Part shown: positions 17,480-27,216 of the stretch, one piece after another
Position numbering within the stretch: position 1 is the first letter of the stretch
Layout of the letters: each line of letters opens with the position of its first letter
Source of the DNA: Candidatus Aminicenantes bacterium
Lineage (GTDB): Bacteria; Acidobacteriota; Aminicenantia; Aminicenantales; UBA4085
Assembly: GCA_026393905.1 (NCBI GenBank)
Contig: JAPKZH010000643.1
Coordinates: forward strand, 1 to 38,922
Direction of reading: 5' to 3'
Length of the DNA: 38,922 nt
The notes under the pieces: generated by a model
Told to the model about the DNA's origin: nothing
The model's input: the letters and a program-made list of their open reading frames with translations, nothing else
Database searches by the model: none
Made by a program: the position numbers and the translations under genes

Positions 17480-18775
17480 TTAAAAGCGATCCAAAATGAT
17501 CTGGGAAAGATCCGATATCGAGAGGTCCTGTCCGAAATCGTTTTTGGCCAGGAAAAAGGCATCATCCCAGGTGTGCATGCCCTGGAGCCCGGGCGTGCGC
17601 CCGAAGATCTCTTTTTTCTTGACCGAGCCTTTCAAGTCAAAACCCGGCTCAGAAAGGACGATCAGGTCCGGACCTTGAGAAACAAGCGGGCCGGAATAGA
17701 TGTCTTTGGCAAGGAAGACTTTCCGGATGATTTTTTTCCCCTCATACTCCAGCTTTTCCAGCTTCCGGACGATCTCCTCTTTGAGGGATTTCTGCTCCCC
17801 GGCGCGGACCGAGCCGTTGGGAAACTTATCTTTATAATTTAAATAGATGCGGCTGGGATCCAGGGCGAAGGCGATGGACTTGGCGGATATGTCTTCCAAG
17901 CCCTTTGGCGAGGAATTGGCGAACTTGAGGTATTTTTCTTTCTCGAGCCAGGCGTTGAGATAAACTTCCTGTCGGATGCCCGTGAAGCCATGATCGGAAA
18001 GAAAGAAGATATTTTCCTCGTCGCCCGCCGTTTTGCGGAAGGAGGAATATATTTTATTGACGAGCCGGTCGATCTGGCGGTAATAATCGAGAAAATTCTG
18101 GTGGTGAGGGTGGTTCGGGTCCTCATAGGCGTTCCAGAGAAAGTGGTGGAGCCTGTCGGTCCCCGTGATGACGAACTCAAAATAGTCCCATTCCTCCTCC
18201 CAAAAAAGGTTCAAGGCCTTCTGACGGCCCATGAGCGTTTTGATCAGTTCCTGCCAGAGAAAGCCGTGGTTCTCCCGGGCTTTGAGCGTGTCGATATCGA
18301 TCTGGTAGCCCATCTGTTCCAGGTCGACCTTATATGAAGGCGGATAGACGGCCTTGGCCAGCTCGATAGCCACGAACCCGGAGATGAGCACCCCGTTGAT
18401 TTTCCGGGCCGGGTAAGTGGACGGCTGGTTGATGATGATGCATTTTTTGCCTTTTTCGCTTAGGCCGTCCCAAAAAGTCGGCACCTGGACATCTAAAAAA
18501 TTCGGAAAGCGAAGGTCATAGGAGCGGGGTTTTAGGTCGGTAAACCCGAAAATGCCGTGCGTTCCCGGATTGGTACCGGTCATGAAGTTGGTCCAGCTGA
18601 CGGCAGAGATCTCGGGAAGGCTGGCCTTCATTTTATGGAGATGACCGGAATCGATGATCCTCCCCAGAGCCGACATGATCCCCTTCTTGGCCAGGTCGAT
18701 GAGAAGGCCGTAGGGAACGCCGTCCAGGCCGATAACGCAAACGCGTTTTTCATTTTTTTTCTTGAAGATAGACAT
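17480..18775 (-). CDS. Cytoplasmic alkaline phosphatase superfamily (NPP-like) protein
   Basis: No signal peptide; GLDGVP, PEISAVSW, TDRLHH, LSDHG and GMH motifs. Confidence 0.9.
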   Translation of the reverse strand: MSIFKKKNEKRVCVIGLDGVPYGLLIDLAKKGIMSALGRIIDSGHLHKMKASLPEISAVSWTNFMTGTNPGTHGIFGFTDLKPRSYDLRFPNFLDVQVPTFWDGLSEKGKKCIIINQPSTYPARKINGVLISGFVAIELAKAVYPPSYKVDLEQMGYQIDIDTLKARENHGFLWQELIKTLMGRQKALNLFWEEEWDYFEFVITGTDRLHHFLWNAYEDPNHPHHQNFLDYYRQIDRLVNKIYSSFRKTAGDEENIFFLSDHGFTGIRQEVYLNAWLEKEKYLKFANSSPKGLEDISAKSIAFALDPSRIYLNYKDKFPNGSVRAGEQKSLKEEIVRKLEKLEYEGKKIIRKVFLAKDIYSGPLVSQGPDLIVLSEPGFDLKGSVKKKEIFGRTPGLQGMHTWDDAFFLAKNDFGQDLSISDLSQIILDRF

Positions 18776-18820
18776 AAACCGGCCTATTATAGCACCAAAA
18801 GCCGAGTTGTCAATTAAACG

Positions 18821-18911
18821 GGGTCAAAGCTACACATTTGACACATTTTATGGGTGTGGCGCCGGAAAAAGCCCTTTTCCATGGATTTTGTCAGATGTGT
18901 AGCTTTGACCC
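18821..18911. repeat. GGGTCAAA-terminated inverted-repeat element (MITE/REP-like), copy 1
   Basis: GGGTCAAAGCTACACATTTGACA (18821-18843) and TGTCAGATGTGTAGCTTTGACCC (18889-18911), 22/23 complementary. Confidence 0.8.
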
Positions 18912-18941
18912 TGAATTCGAGATGCTTTCGGTCAAAAGCAA

Positions 18942-19631
18942 CTATCGGGGCAAGCTGACGGCTTTGAGCACCTGGGCGAGAAATTCCTCTTCCGGGACGG
19001 CCCCTTCGAAAGAGATGGTCTCGTTGACGACGGTTTTAGGGACTCCGTACACGTTGAATCGATTGGCCAGGTGGGGAAATTCCGTCGACTCCACCATATC
19101 GGCCTTAACCAAAGGAGATTCCAGGGAAAACTGATGTCCCAGACGGACGGCCTTGGTGCAGTAGGGGCAGGTCGGCGTGACAAAGACCTGGATGTGGATG
19201 TCTTTATCGACGGACTTGAGGGCATCTTTGGTTTGAGCGGAAAGCTCGGTTCTTCGCTTTGAGACATCCGCGATGGCTTCGACAAGGCTCGTGTATTCGT
19301 ATCCGGAAGGGATCCCATAGAAGCGTATCCCGTAGTCTTGATCGCCCATGATCACGGTCGCGGGGATCTTGTCGATCTTGTATTCGGCGGCTTTTTCTTT
19401 ATCCGCCGTATAGTCATAGACCAGGAGTTCGATTTTATCGGAAAGAGCTTTGACCTCTTCCAAAAGCTGCTTGGTTTCTTTGCAGAAGAAGCAGGCCTGT
19501 CCTTTGAGCGAGTCGGGATGGACGAGCCGGCTCGGTTCCTGAGTGAAATAGAGGATGGTGACTTTGTTTTCGAGCTCGCCGTCGAATTTTTTCTTGGTGG
19601 CCTCGCGGACTTCTTGGCTGAGGATTTCCAT
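18942..19631 (-). CDS. Protein disulfide oxidoreductase (PDO; two thioredoxin folds, AhpF-NTD-like)
   Basis: CFFC and CPYC motifs; IRFYGIPSGYEY; GVPKT; SD AAGGAG. Confidence 0.9.
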   Translation of the reverse strand: MEILSQEVREATKKKFDGELENKVTILYFTQEPSRLVHPDSLKGQACFFCKETKQLLEEVKALSDKIELLVYDYTADKEKAAEYKIDKIPATVIMGDQDYGIRFYGIPSGYEYTSLVEAIADVSKRRTELSAQTKDALKSVDKDIHIQVFVTPTCPYCTKAVRLGHQFSLESPLVKADMVESTEFPHLANRFNVYGVPKTVVNETISFEGAVPEEEFLAQVLKAVSLPR

Positions 19632-19730
19632 GATATTTCTCCTTTCTCGGCGAAGAGGATTATACCCCGGTTCAGATTGACTTTAAAGCGTGTCGTTGAT
19701 AAAGTGATAGCCCTGAGAAACCGCCCGGCT

Positions 19731-21131
19731 ATGATAAAAATCGACAAGCTTCTCGAGTTCCTGGAAGCTCAATACCGGAAAAAAACAAAGAAAAGCCTGC
19801 AGATTTATCGGCGGGCCCAGCGGGTGATGGTCCAGGGCGGCAGCCATTCCCTGCGCCTCTTTTCGCCCTATCCCTTCATCATCACCAGGGCCAAGGGGCC
19901 CATGGTCTATGATTTCGACCGGAACGCCTATATCGATTACTGGCAGGGCCACTATGCGAATATCCTGGGCCATAATCCCAAAGTCCTGACGGATGAATTC
20001 AAGAGATTCAGCCTGGAAGACGGTTCGTTGCATACGGGGTTCGAAGGGGAGAGCCAGATTAAGCTGGCCGAGCTCCTGCTCAAACAGCTCGGTCATAAGG
20101 ATTACAGGATCCGGTTCACGACTTCAGGCACCCTGGCCACCATGTATGCCGTCATGCTGTCCCAAGCCTACACGGGACGCGATGGCGTTCTGAAAATCGG
20201 CGGCGGCTGGCATGGGGCGTCGCCCTATCTGCTCAAAGGCGTCAAATATTATCCCCAAGCCGGCTTCGAGCAGGCCGAATCGGCCGGAGTTCCCAAGGAG
20301 ATCCTGCGAAAGATCTTTACGACCCGTTTCAATGATGGGGACGACCTGGAAAAAGTTTTGTGGAGAAAGGGCAGTGAGATCGCCTGCTTGATCGTCGAGC
20401 CGTTTTTGGGCGTCGGCGGATTCCTGGCCGCTTCGCAAGAATATCTGGACCTGGCCAGGGCCTTGACGGAAAAATACGGCATCGTCCTCATCTTTGACGA
20501 GATCATCTCAGGATTCCGCTTTTGTCCCTCCGGGGTTCAGAAACTCTATGGGATCGAGCCCGACCTTTCGACGTTCGGAAAGCTGATCGGCGGCGGCCAC
20601 GCCGTCTCCGCGGTGGCCGGCAAATCCGAGATTCTCGAGAAGTGCTTGCCCCAAGGCTCGGCCAAGCTGCGGGTGCTTTTTGAAGGGGGGACCTTTTCTT
20701 CCCATACCCAATATATGAGGGCCGGCTATGTCATGCTGAAATCGCTTGCCGACCAGGCCTCTCGGATCTATCCAAAAATAGCCGCGACAGGGGAAAATCT
20801 TCGGCGTCGCGTCGAAGAGGTTTTCGGCGACCGGGGAATCGAGGTCAAATGCACGGGCGACGGAAACGATGTGGTCAAAGGAAGCTCGCTCTTCATGGTG
20901 AATTTTCCGCTGAAAAGAGTCCGCTACACGAGCGCTGAGGATGTCTGGAATCCGGCCTTATCTCATGTCCGTCTGAAAGAAGAAGTCCTGAAACTGGCTT
21001 TGCTCACGGAAGGCGTCCATGTCGTCCACGGCGGCGGCGCGGCGTCGGCAGCCCATGAAGAGAAACACGTCGAGCAGACGATCGCGGCCTACAGCGAAGC
21101 CGCCAGGCTTTTCAAGAAATATCTTTACTAA
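19731..21131 (+). CDS. Class III PLP aminotransferase, glutamate-1-semialdehyde aminomutase (HemL)-like paralogue
   Basis: ILGH, RFTTSGT, LIFDEIISGFR, TFGKLIGGG and GGTFS motifs. Start moved to ATG 19731 because the longer ORF overlaps the PDO gene in antisense. Confidence 0.85.
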   Translation: MIKIDKLLEFLEAQYRKKTKKSLQIYRRAQRVMVQGGSHSLRLFSPYPFIITRAKGPMVYDFDRNAYIDYWQGHYANILGHNPKVLTDEFKRFSLEDGSLHTGFEGESQIKLAELLLKQLGHKDYRIRFTTSGTLATMYAVMLSQAYTGRDGVLKIGGGWHGASPYLLKGVKYYPQAGFEQAESAGVPKEILRKIFTTRFNDGDDLEKVLWRKGSEIACLIVEPFLGVGGFLAASQEYLDLARALTEKYGIVLIFDEIISGFRFCPSGVQKLYGIEPDLSTFGKLIGGGHAVSAVAGKSEILEKCLPQGSAKLRVLFEGGTFSSHTQYMRAGYVMLKSLADQASRIYPKIAATGENLRRRVEEVFGDRGIEVKCTGDGNDVVKGSSLFMVNFPLKRVRYTSAEDVWNPALSHVRLKEEVLKLALLTEGVHVVHGGGAASAAHEEKHVEQTIAAYSEAARLFKKYLY

Positions 21132-21188
21132 GGGTATCCTCCATTTCAGGCGGGGAAAGATTCTCTGAGCAACGATCCGGAAACGGCC

Positions 21189-23900
21189 TCACTCCCCATC
21201 CGGGTTTTCGACGCCGTCCCCGGATCGTTGCCCCTTTCCCGAAATTTTTTCCAGTCGAAATTGAAAGGCGCCGCTTTGGGTGCTTAAAATGATTCGTCTG
21301 TCTTCGATCCGCTGAAAAGACAGGCCCTCAAGATTCCTGAAGCGCCCGCCTTTTCGCCAGAGGACCTGTCCGCCTTCTTTAAAATCACCGTTTCTCCACA
21401 GCAGCGGAATATGGATTTCGGCTTCGACCCCAACGGGAATCCCGAGGTCGAGCTCGAAGCAATCTTCCTTCCTCCTCCAAGAGACACGGATGTCGCCTCG
21501 AATCGTCTTGAGCGAGGCCGAGGCGGAATCCAGATTCCGGAAGAGCGGCGGCTTGACCAGGATTTTTTTCCAGCCGGGAACCAGGCAGTTCACCCCGGCC
21601 ACGGTTTTATAAAACCAGGCGTCCACGCTGCCCAGCATGATATGGTTGTGGGAGTTCATGCCGCCGCCTGTGATTTTCTCCCAGCGTTCCCAAAGCGTCG
21701 TGGCGCCTTCCCTGACCATATAGCCCCAGCCTGGGTAGCTTTTCTGGGTGGCCACCCGAAAGGCCGTTTCCGCATGTCCATTTTCCGTCAGGACATCGAG
21801 AAGGTAGCGCGTGCCGAGGATGCCGGTATCGAGATGGTAATCCTGGTCGCTGACAACGCTGCGGACAAGCGCATCGAGGACTTTGTTCCTTTTTCTTTTC
21901 GGGACCATGTCCAGATAAAGGGGCAGGACGTTGGATGTCTGGCTGGCTATCTTTTCGACAGGGCTCATCCGGACGGCTTCATAGGCGTCTTGCTTCAGGA
22001 ATCTTTTATTGAAAGCGGTTTTGATGTCCCGGGCCAGACGGGCCAGGCGTTTTTCGTCGTCCGGTTTCTTAACAATACCGGCCATCTTGGAAAGGAAAAG
22101 CGTATCGTGATAGAAGAACCAGGTCGAGGTGAGCTCGACGGTCGTTTTTTTGGGAGGGATGCTTCCCGGGGGACACCAGTCGCCGTATTTGCCCAATTTA
22201 TCGATAATACAGCCTTTGGAACTGCGGTGGAGGAATGACACGTATTTTTTCATGGCTTCAAAGTGCTTTTCCAAAACTCTAGTGTCTCCATAATAGAGAT
22301 AAAGATTCCAGGCGAGCGTGATGTAGGCCGAGCCCCAGGCGGGATCGGCCGGATAGAGGCGGCCGAGATAGGGAGGGACTGTGTCCGGGAGGCTGCCGTC
22401 TTTTTTCTGGGCGTTCTTGATATCTTGAAGATACTTGGTGTAAAAAGCGGCCATATCAAAATTCAGGATGGCCTCTTCCGCCGAGAGATGGGCGTCGCCC
22501 AGCCAGCCGTGCCTTTCATCCCTCTGCGGGCAATCCGTCGGGATGCTCATCAAATTCGAAAGCTGCCCCCACCGGATATTCCGGTGGACGCGGTTGATTA
22601 GACGATTGGCACAGCGAAAATCCCCTCCGGGTTCGACATCCGTATGAACGAAACAGCCCTCGACATCGAGGATCTTCGGCAGTTTGGGAAGGCCGCTCAC
22701 TTCCGCATACCGAAAGCCATGCTGGGTGAAGCGCGGCTCATACCGTTCGGCGCCTTTCCCTTTGAGGACATAGACATCCGTGGCCTCTGCGTTCTGATTG
22801 GGCGACGTGTTCAGCCGTCTGTCCTCATGGATGAGCTCGGCGTGCCTGAGCGTCAGCGCCGTCCCGGCCCGACCTCGAACCGATATTCCGACCCAGCCTG
22901 AAAAATTCTGTCCGAAATCGAAGATGAGGCGTTCCGGTCCCGGGCACCAGGTCTTTTTCGGCTTCAACCTCCGGACGACCTTGATCGGAGGCAGCATCTG
23001 GGAACGGAGCGGCGCGCCTCTCACGCAGACCGCCCGTCCCTGGAATATCTTCGGCTCGAGCCGTCCGTCGCAGCGCTCGCCGAAATAGAGGCCGTTTTCC
23101 ATAAGCGGTCCATGCCCGGATTTCCAGGATTCATCCGTGCCCACGACCTGCCGTTTTCCGTCTTCAAACTCCATTTCGATTTGGGCGATCACCCTCGGGC
23201 TGCCGTAGCCGAAATTGGCGATATGCCGGCCGTTTCCCAGGCTGATGAGGGCCTCGTTTATCGGCTTCAGCATTCTCGTGATGTCAAAAGTCGAATAGAG
23301 AGCCGTCTTGGCGTAATCGGTCTGGGCCGGATCAAGGACATGGTCGCCGACTTTCTGTCCGTTGAGAGACAGCTCATAGAACCCGAGTCCGCAGATATAA
23401 ACCCGGGCCCTTTTAAGCCCCCGCCCCATCCGGAATTCCTTTCCCAAATAGATCGCCCGTGTCTGGACATAATCCCCCCGGAATTTTCCCTGCAACACGG
23501 TCCCCCTGGACCGGAATTCAACGGGTTTTTTCAGGCTGATCCATCGCGCCTGCCAATCCGACTTGTCCAGCAGCCCCATTTCAAAAAAAGCGGTTTTACT
23601 ATAGGCACTGGGACGGCCGTTCTTGTCCCACCAGCGAACGCGCCAATAATAGCGCCTCCGGCTCTCCAACTTTTTTCCGGCGTATTCGATGTGAAAATGC
23701 CTATCTGTATTTATGCGCCCGCTGTCCCAGCAATCGCCGGCTCCCCGCGCCGTCGACGAGACGATGATCTCGTAAGCGGAAGGCTTTTGCCAGCGCTCGA
23801 AGTGGCGGAGAACCCAGGACAAGCGCGGCTTGGGGATATCGATTCCGATAGGATCCTGGAGATATTCACACCTGAGGCGCAGGGGAGGGGGAATGGTCAT
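21189..23900 (-). CDS. GH78 alpha-L-rhamnosidase (no signal peptide)
   Basis: LRCEY..PIGID..PRLSW, DFGQN, IPTDCPQRDER.GWLGD, GATTLWERW and SHNH motifs. Confidence 0.93.
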   Translation of the reverse strand: MTIPPPLRLRCEYLQDPIGIDIPKPRLSWVLRHFERWQKPSAYEIIVSSTARGAGDCWDSGRINTDRHFHIEYAGKKLESRRRYYWRVRWWDKNGRPSAYSKTAFFEMGLLDKSDWQARWISLKKPVEFRSRGTVLQGKFRGDYVQTRAIYLGKEFRMGRGLKRARVYICGLGFYELSLNGQKVGDHVLDPAQTDYAKTALYSTFDITRMLKPINEALISLGNGRHIANFGYGSPRVIAQIEMEFEDGKRQVVGTDESWKSGHGPLMENGLYFGERCDGRLEPKIFQGRAVCVRGAPLRSQMLPPIKVVRRLKPKKTWCPGPERLIFDFGQNFSGWVGISVRGRAGTALTLRHAELIHEDRRLNTSPNQNAEATDVYVLKGKGAERYEPRFTQHGFRYAEVSGLPKLPKILDVEGCFVHTDVEPGGDFRCANRLINRVHRNIRWGQLSNLMSIPTDCPQRDERHGWLGDAHLSAEEAILNFDMAAFYTKYLQDIKNAQKKDGSLPDTVPPYLGRLYPADPAWGSAYITLAWNLYLYYGDTRVLEKHFEAMKKYVSFLHRSSKGCIIDKLGKYGDWCPPGSIPPKKTTVELTSTWFFYHDTLFLSKMAGIVKKPDDEKRLARLARDIKTAFNKRFLKQDAYEAVRMSPVEKIASQTSNVLPLYLDMVPKRKRNKVLDALVRSVVSDQDYHLDTGILGTRYLLDVLTENGHAETAFRVATQKSYPGWGYMVREGATTLWERWEKITGGGMNSHNHIMLGSVDAWFYKTVAGVNCLVPGWKKILVKPPLFRNLDSASASLKTIRGDIRVSWRRKEDCFELDLGIPVGVEAEIHIPLLWRNGDFKEGGQVLWRKGGRFRNLEGLSFQRIEDRRIILSTQSGAFQFRLEKISGKGQRSGDGVENPDGE

Positions 23901-23920
23901 AAGACGTTCTCCTCGGAGGT

Positions 23921-25372
23921 TTATTCGGCCTTGGCCAGGAAGTAGTCGGCCGGCTGGATGCCGTATTTTTCCGCTTCCAGGGATCTCATGATCGTCCGGC
24001 TGAATTTTCTAGTTTCAGGATCGATTTCGGTGAGGTCGATGAGTTCTCCGTCGACCTTGTTCCCATCGGCATCGGCGATGATCTTGACTTTGGGCCTGAG
24101 GTGAAAGGCCGGATGAGGATTCGCCTCGAAGACGATGCCAAGCTCTCCCGTATCCAAAGCGACCAGCGATCCGATCGGGTAGGCCCCGATCATGCTGATG
24201 AACACCTTGAGAATGAGCGGGTCGAACTCTTCGCCGCTTTTTTCCTGCATCAGGCTCAGCGCGTCATCACGGGTGAAGACCTTGGCCCGGTAGACGCGCT
24301 TGGTCGTTAGGGCGTCGAAGTAATCGACAATTTTCACGATCTTGCTGAAAAGATTGGTCGACCTCTTTTTAAAATACTTGGGATACCCCGATAGGTCTGC
24401 CTTGAGATGGTGCTCCAAGGCCACTTGGACAGCCCGGATCGGGATGCGACGCGTGCTTTTGAGCTGGATCAATTTTTCGGCCCCGATATGGACATGGTTT
24501 TCGATGATGGCTCGCTCGGTCGCGTCGAGCTGGGCGGGTTTGTCCAGGATCTCCCTGGGGATGTCCAATTTTCCCAGGTCGTGGAGGAAGGAGCTCACGC
24601 CCAGGTCCGACAGCTCTTCCCGGGTCAGGCCGAGCCTCCGGCCGAGGGCGATGGCCAGGATGCAGACGTTGATGGAATGATTCAGGGTGTATTCGTCGAA
24701 ATTTTTAATGTTGGTCAGGCCGTAGATAAAGGATTCGTCATCGACGATATGGTTGAAGATCGACTGCATCCACCGTTTGGCGAGGTTGAGGTTGAACGTG
24801 CCCGTCGTTTTTTGTCTTTCGAAGACTTCCTTCAGCAGATAGATGCCCGAAAAATACAAGCGGACGGCATTCTTTTCCCGGCTCTGCATGGGCTCGGCCG
24901 GGGCGCTCTTTTCGACGGTGATATGATCGATTTGCTCGACGTCCAGGGCATGGAGGATCTCGTCGTAGGCGGTTTTGGCGTCAAGATCTTTCCTGTTCAG
25001 GATCGACACGAAGCGTTGGATTTCCTCCTGCGTCAGCCCGGGAGAAAAAGCGATGGCTGCCAGCTCTTTCGAGGAGAGCTCGTTTTGGAGGAATTTATAG
25101 ATATGGTAGTTGGAGTAATCGAACTTGATCCTCACGCCTTTCACGTACAGGGCGTTCTGCCGCAGCCTCAGGACGAGCTCGCCTTCCCGTTGAAGAGCAT
25201 TATCGAGAACGGCAATAAACTGCTCCATTTGGTCCAGGACGATCCGGTTGTTCGACTCATAGACCTTGGCGATTTTGAGGACGACCTGCAGGCGCGTCAG
25301 GATATCGACGGATTCTTTCTGGGTCAGTTCCTTTTCTTGATCCGTCAGTTCGGCGTCCATCATCCTTTCCAT
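23921..25372 (-). CDS. HD-GYP domain protein (putative cyclic-dinucleotide phosphodiesterase)
   Basis: DEYTLNHS, LHDLGK, HHLKADLSGYP, DYFDALT and FDP motifs. Confidence 0.88.
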   Translation of the reverse strand: MERMMDAELTDQEKELTQKESVDILTRLQVVLKIAKVYESNNRIVLDQMEQFIAVLDNALQREGELVLRLRQNALYVKGVRIKFDYSNYHIYKFLQNELSSKELAAIAFSPGLTQEEIQRFVSILNRKDLDAKTAYDEILHALDVEQIDHITVEKSAPAEPMQSREKNAVRLYFSGIYLLKEVFERQKTTGTFNLNLAKRWMQSIFNHIVDDESFIYGLTNIKNFDEYTLNHSINVCILAIALGRRLGLTREELSDLGVSSFLHDLGKLDIPREILDKPAQLDATERAIIENHVHIGAEKLIQLKSTRRIPIRAVQVALEHHLKADLSGYPKYFKKRSTNLFSKIVKIVDYFDALTTKRVYRAKVFTRDDALSLMQEKSGEEFDPLILKVFISMIGAYPIGSLVALDTGELGIVFEANPHPAFHLRPKVKIIADADGNKVDGELIDLTEIDPETRKFSRTIMRSLEAEKYGIQPADYFLAKAE

Positions 25373-25373
25373 T

Positions 25374-27134
25374 TTATGAGGCGTTTTTTCCGAGCGTTTT
25401 TTCCGGCACTTTCCGGCAGGCCTCGGCGACTCTTTTATTCGAGCTTTTCATACCCTTGCCAAGAGCTTCGAAGGCTTCGGGCGTGGCCAAGGTCTCGAGA
25501 GCCTGCACGGCGCACAGTTGGGTTTCTTCATATTTGGCTTTGGAGAAAGGGCTGGATTTTCTGAGAGCTTTGGACAGGGTGTCCAGGGCTTCCGGCGTCT
25601 TGGTCCTGGCTAAGTAATTGAAAATGGCGCTTTGTTCCTTGGAGCTTTTTTTATAGAAACGCTTGTTCGTAGCCAGCCGGACAACCTGTTCCAGCGTGCT
25701 TTTATCGTGCATCCATTGGAGTTTTTCGGCGGCCGCGATGCGGATGTCTTCCTCGTTATCGTAAAAGAAGCCGAGGATGATCTTGTTGGCCATCTTGTCG
25801 CCAAAACGGTTGAGGCCTTCGATGGCCTCGAGCTTGATGTCTTTGTTTTGATAGGTATAGAGCGTGGCAAAGTAGGGCAGGACTTTTTTGTCTCCTGTCC
25901 GGCTGAGGAAGGAGATGATGCCCTTGGAAAGGATGGGCTTTCCGTCCTGGAGCTGGTTGGCCAGGACCTCGATATTCCCCCGGCCTGTTTCCGTAATATA
26001 ATCAAAGGCCAAATTCCGGAATTCCGGATTGTCGGTGCTCTCCAGCAGCTCGGCCGCCAAGGGGATGGATCTGGGTCCGATGAGCCTGAGATAATCAAAA
26101 AAGGCCAGGATGGAATCGATGTCGCCGTGCTCAACAGCTTCCCGGACAAGGGCGATCGTGCGTCCTTCCTTGAGGGAGTTCAGGAATTTTTCGAGCTCGG
26201 CCGCCTTGGCGGGATGCTGAGAGGTAAAAATGTTCTTCAATTCCTGGATTTGCCTCAAGAACTGACCGGCATGGGTAAATTTTCCTTCCTGGAGGAGTTC
26301 CTTGTGGTGTCGATCCAGGAAGCCTAGAATGGGGACGAACTTTTCGACCTGGTCTTCCATGTAAAGAAGCTCGAAAATCATGTCGAGGAACTCTTTTTCG
26401 GGGGAGATCTGCCGGGCCGACCCGACCATGGCTTCGATGCTGTGGAGATCCTTGTCGTCGAGCATCATGACCAACTCGGCATAGTCCTTCTTTTCTTCGT
26501 CTTCGAGCAGGCCGAGGCCGACGCGCTTGGTCACGATCCCCTGCTTGTCCTCGGCGGCCAGTTCGATATGGCCGTTGTAGAGCTGCTTTTTGTCGACAGA
26601 AATCCCGAACTGCTGTTTTTCGAAGATGGCGATTTTCGACAACAGGTAGTCATCCGGCGCCGTGATTCGGATGTTCGCAAAATCTTTTTCCCAGATGGAA
26701 ATGACGATGTCGCTCTCGTCAGGGGGAAGGAGCGAGTCTTTTTTGATGACATCGAGAAAATCTCTGAGCTCGGCCATATCGATGTCCCTGAGGATGGCAA
26801 ACCTCTGCATGCCATCCTTGTAGAAAAGATAGGGCAGGCTTTTGATGAGGTTTTCTTCCTTGTAGATTTTTTCTCCGTCCAGGTAAAAAGCGCTTTCGCC
26901 GATGCCGGCCTCAAGCTCCAGGCGATGTTCAAAATAGGCTTTGAGCTTGGCCAGGAGCTCATCCACGAATTTTTGGATGGTGGAATGATGGGAAGGGAAA
27001 AGCTTCAAGGACGAAACGGTATGGGCCAGGATATGAAAGATCTCTTTGACGCTTTCAAGCGTAGCCTTGTCCGGCCCCCCGCTGGGAGCAGCGCCCGCCT
27101 CGGGCTGCCGGCTTTGGTTTTCTTTGGGTTCCAT
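25374..27134 (-). CDS. HEAT-repeat protein
   Basis: C-terminal HEAT-like repeats (DIKLEAIEGL, DIRIAAAEKL, LCAVQALETL, RVAEAC). The N-terminus (LKLFPSHH) parallels the N-terminal domain of the neighbouring HD-GYP protein. Start placed at MEPKEN (27134). Confidence 0.8.
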   Translation of the reverse strand: MEPKENQSRQPEAGAAPSGGPDKATLESVKEIFHILAHTVSSLKLFPSHHSTIQKFVDELLAKLKAYFEHRLELEAGIGESAFYLDGEKIYKEENLIKSLPYLFYKDGMQRFAILRDIDMAELRDFLDVIKKDSLLPPDESDIVISIWEKDFANIRITAPDDYLLSKIAIFEKQQFGISVDKKQLYNGHIELAAEDKQGIVTKRVGLGLLEDEEKKDYAELVMMLDDKDLHSIEAMVGSARQISPEKEFLDMIFELLYMEDQVEKFVPILGFLDRHHKELLQEGKFTHAGQFLRQIQELKNIFTSQHPAKAAELEKFLNSLKEGRTIALVREAVEHGDIDSILAFFDYLRLIGPRSIPLAAELLESTDNPEFRNLAFDYITETGRGNIEVLANQLQDGKPILSKGIISFLSRTGDKKVLPYFATLYTYQNKDIKLEAIEGLNRFGDKMANKIILGFFYDNEEDIRIAAAEKLQWMHDKSTLEQVVRLATNKRFYKKSSKEQSAIFNYLARTKTPEALDTLSKALRKSSPFSKAKYEETQLCAVQALETLATPEAFEALGKGMKSSNKRVAEACRKVPEKTLGKNAS

Positions 27135-27216
27135 TCGTAGTATCCCCGCTTTATTAGGCCTTTTTAACAATAGAATAAAAGAAAAAAAATATCAACGAAA
27201 AATTATGGATTCGGTC

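Noticed and set aside
19338-19730. 131-aa N-terminal extension of the class III aminotransferase ORF
   Set aside because: It overlaps the PDO gene in antisense; family similarity begins only after ATG 19731.
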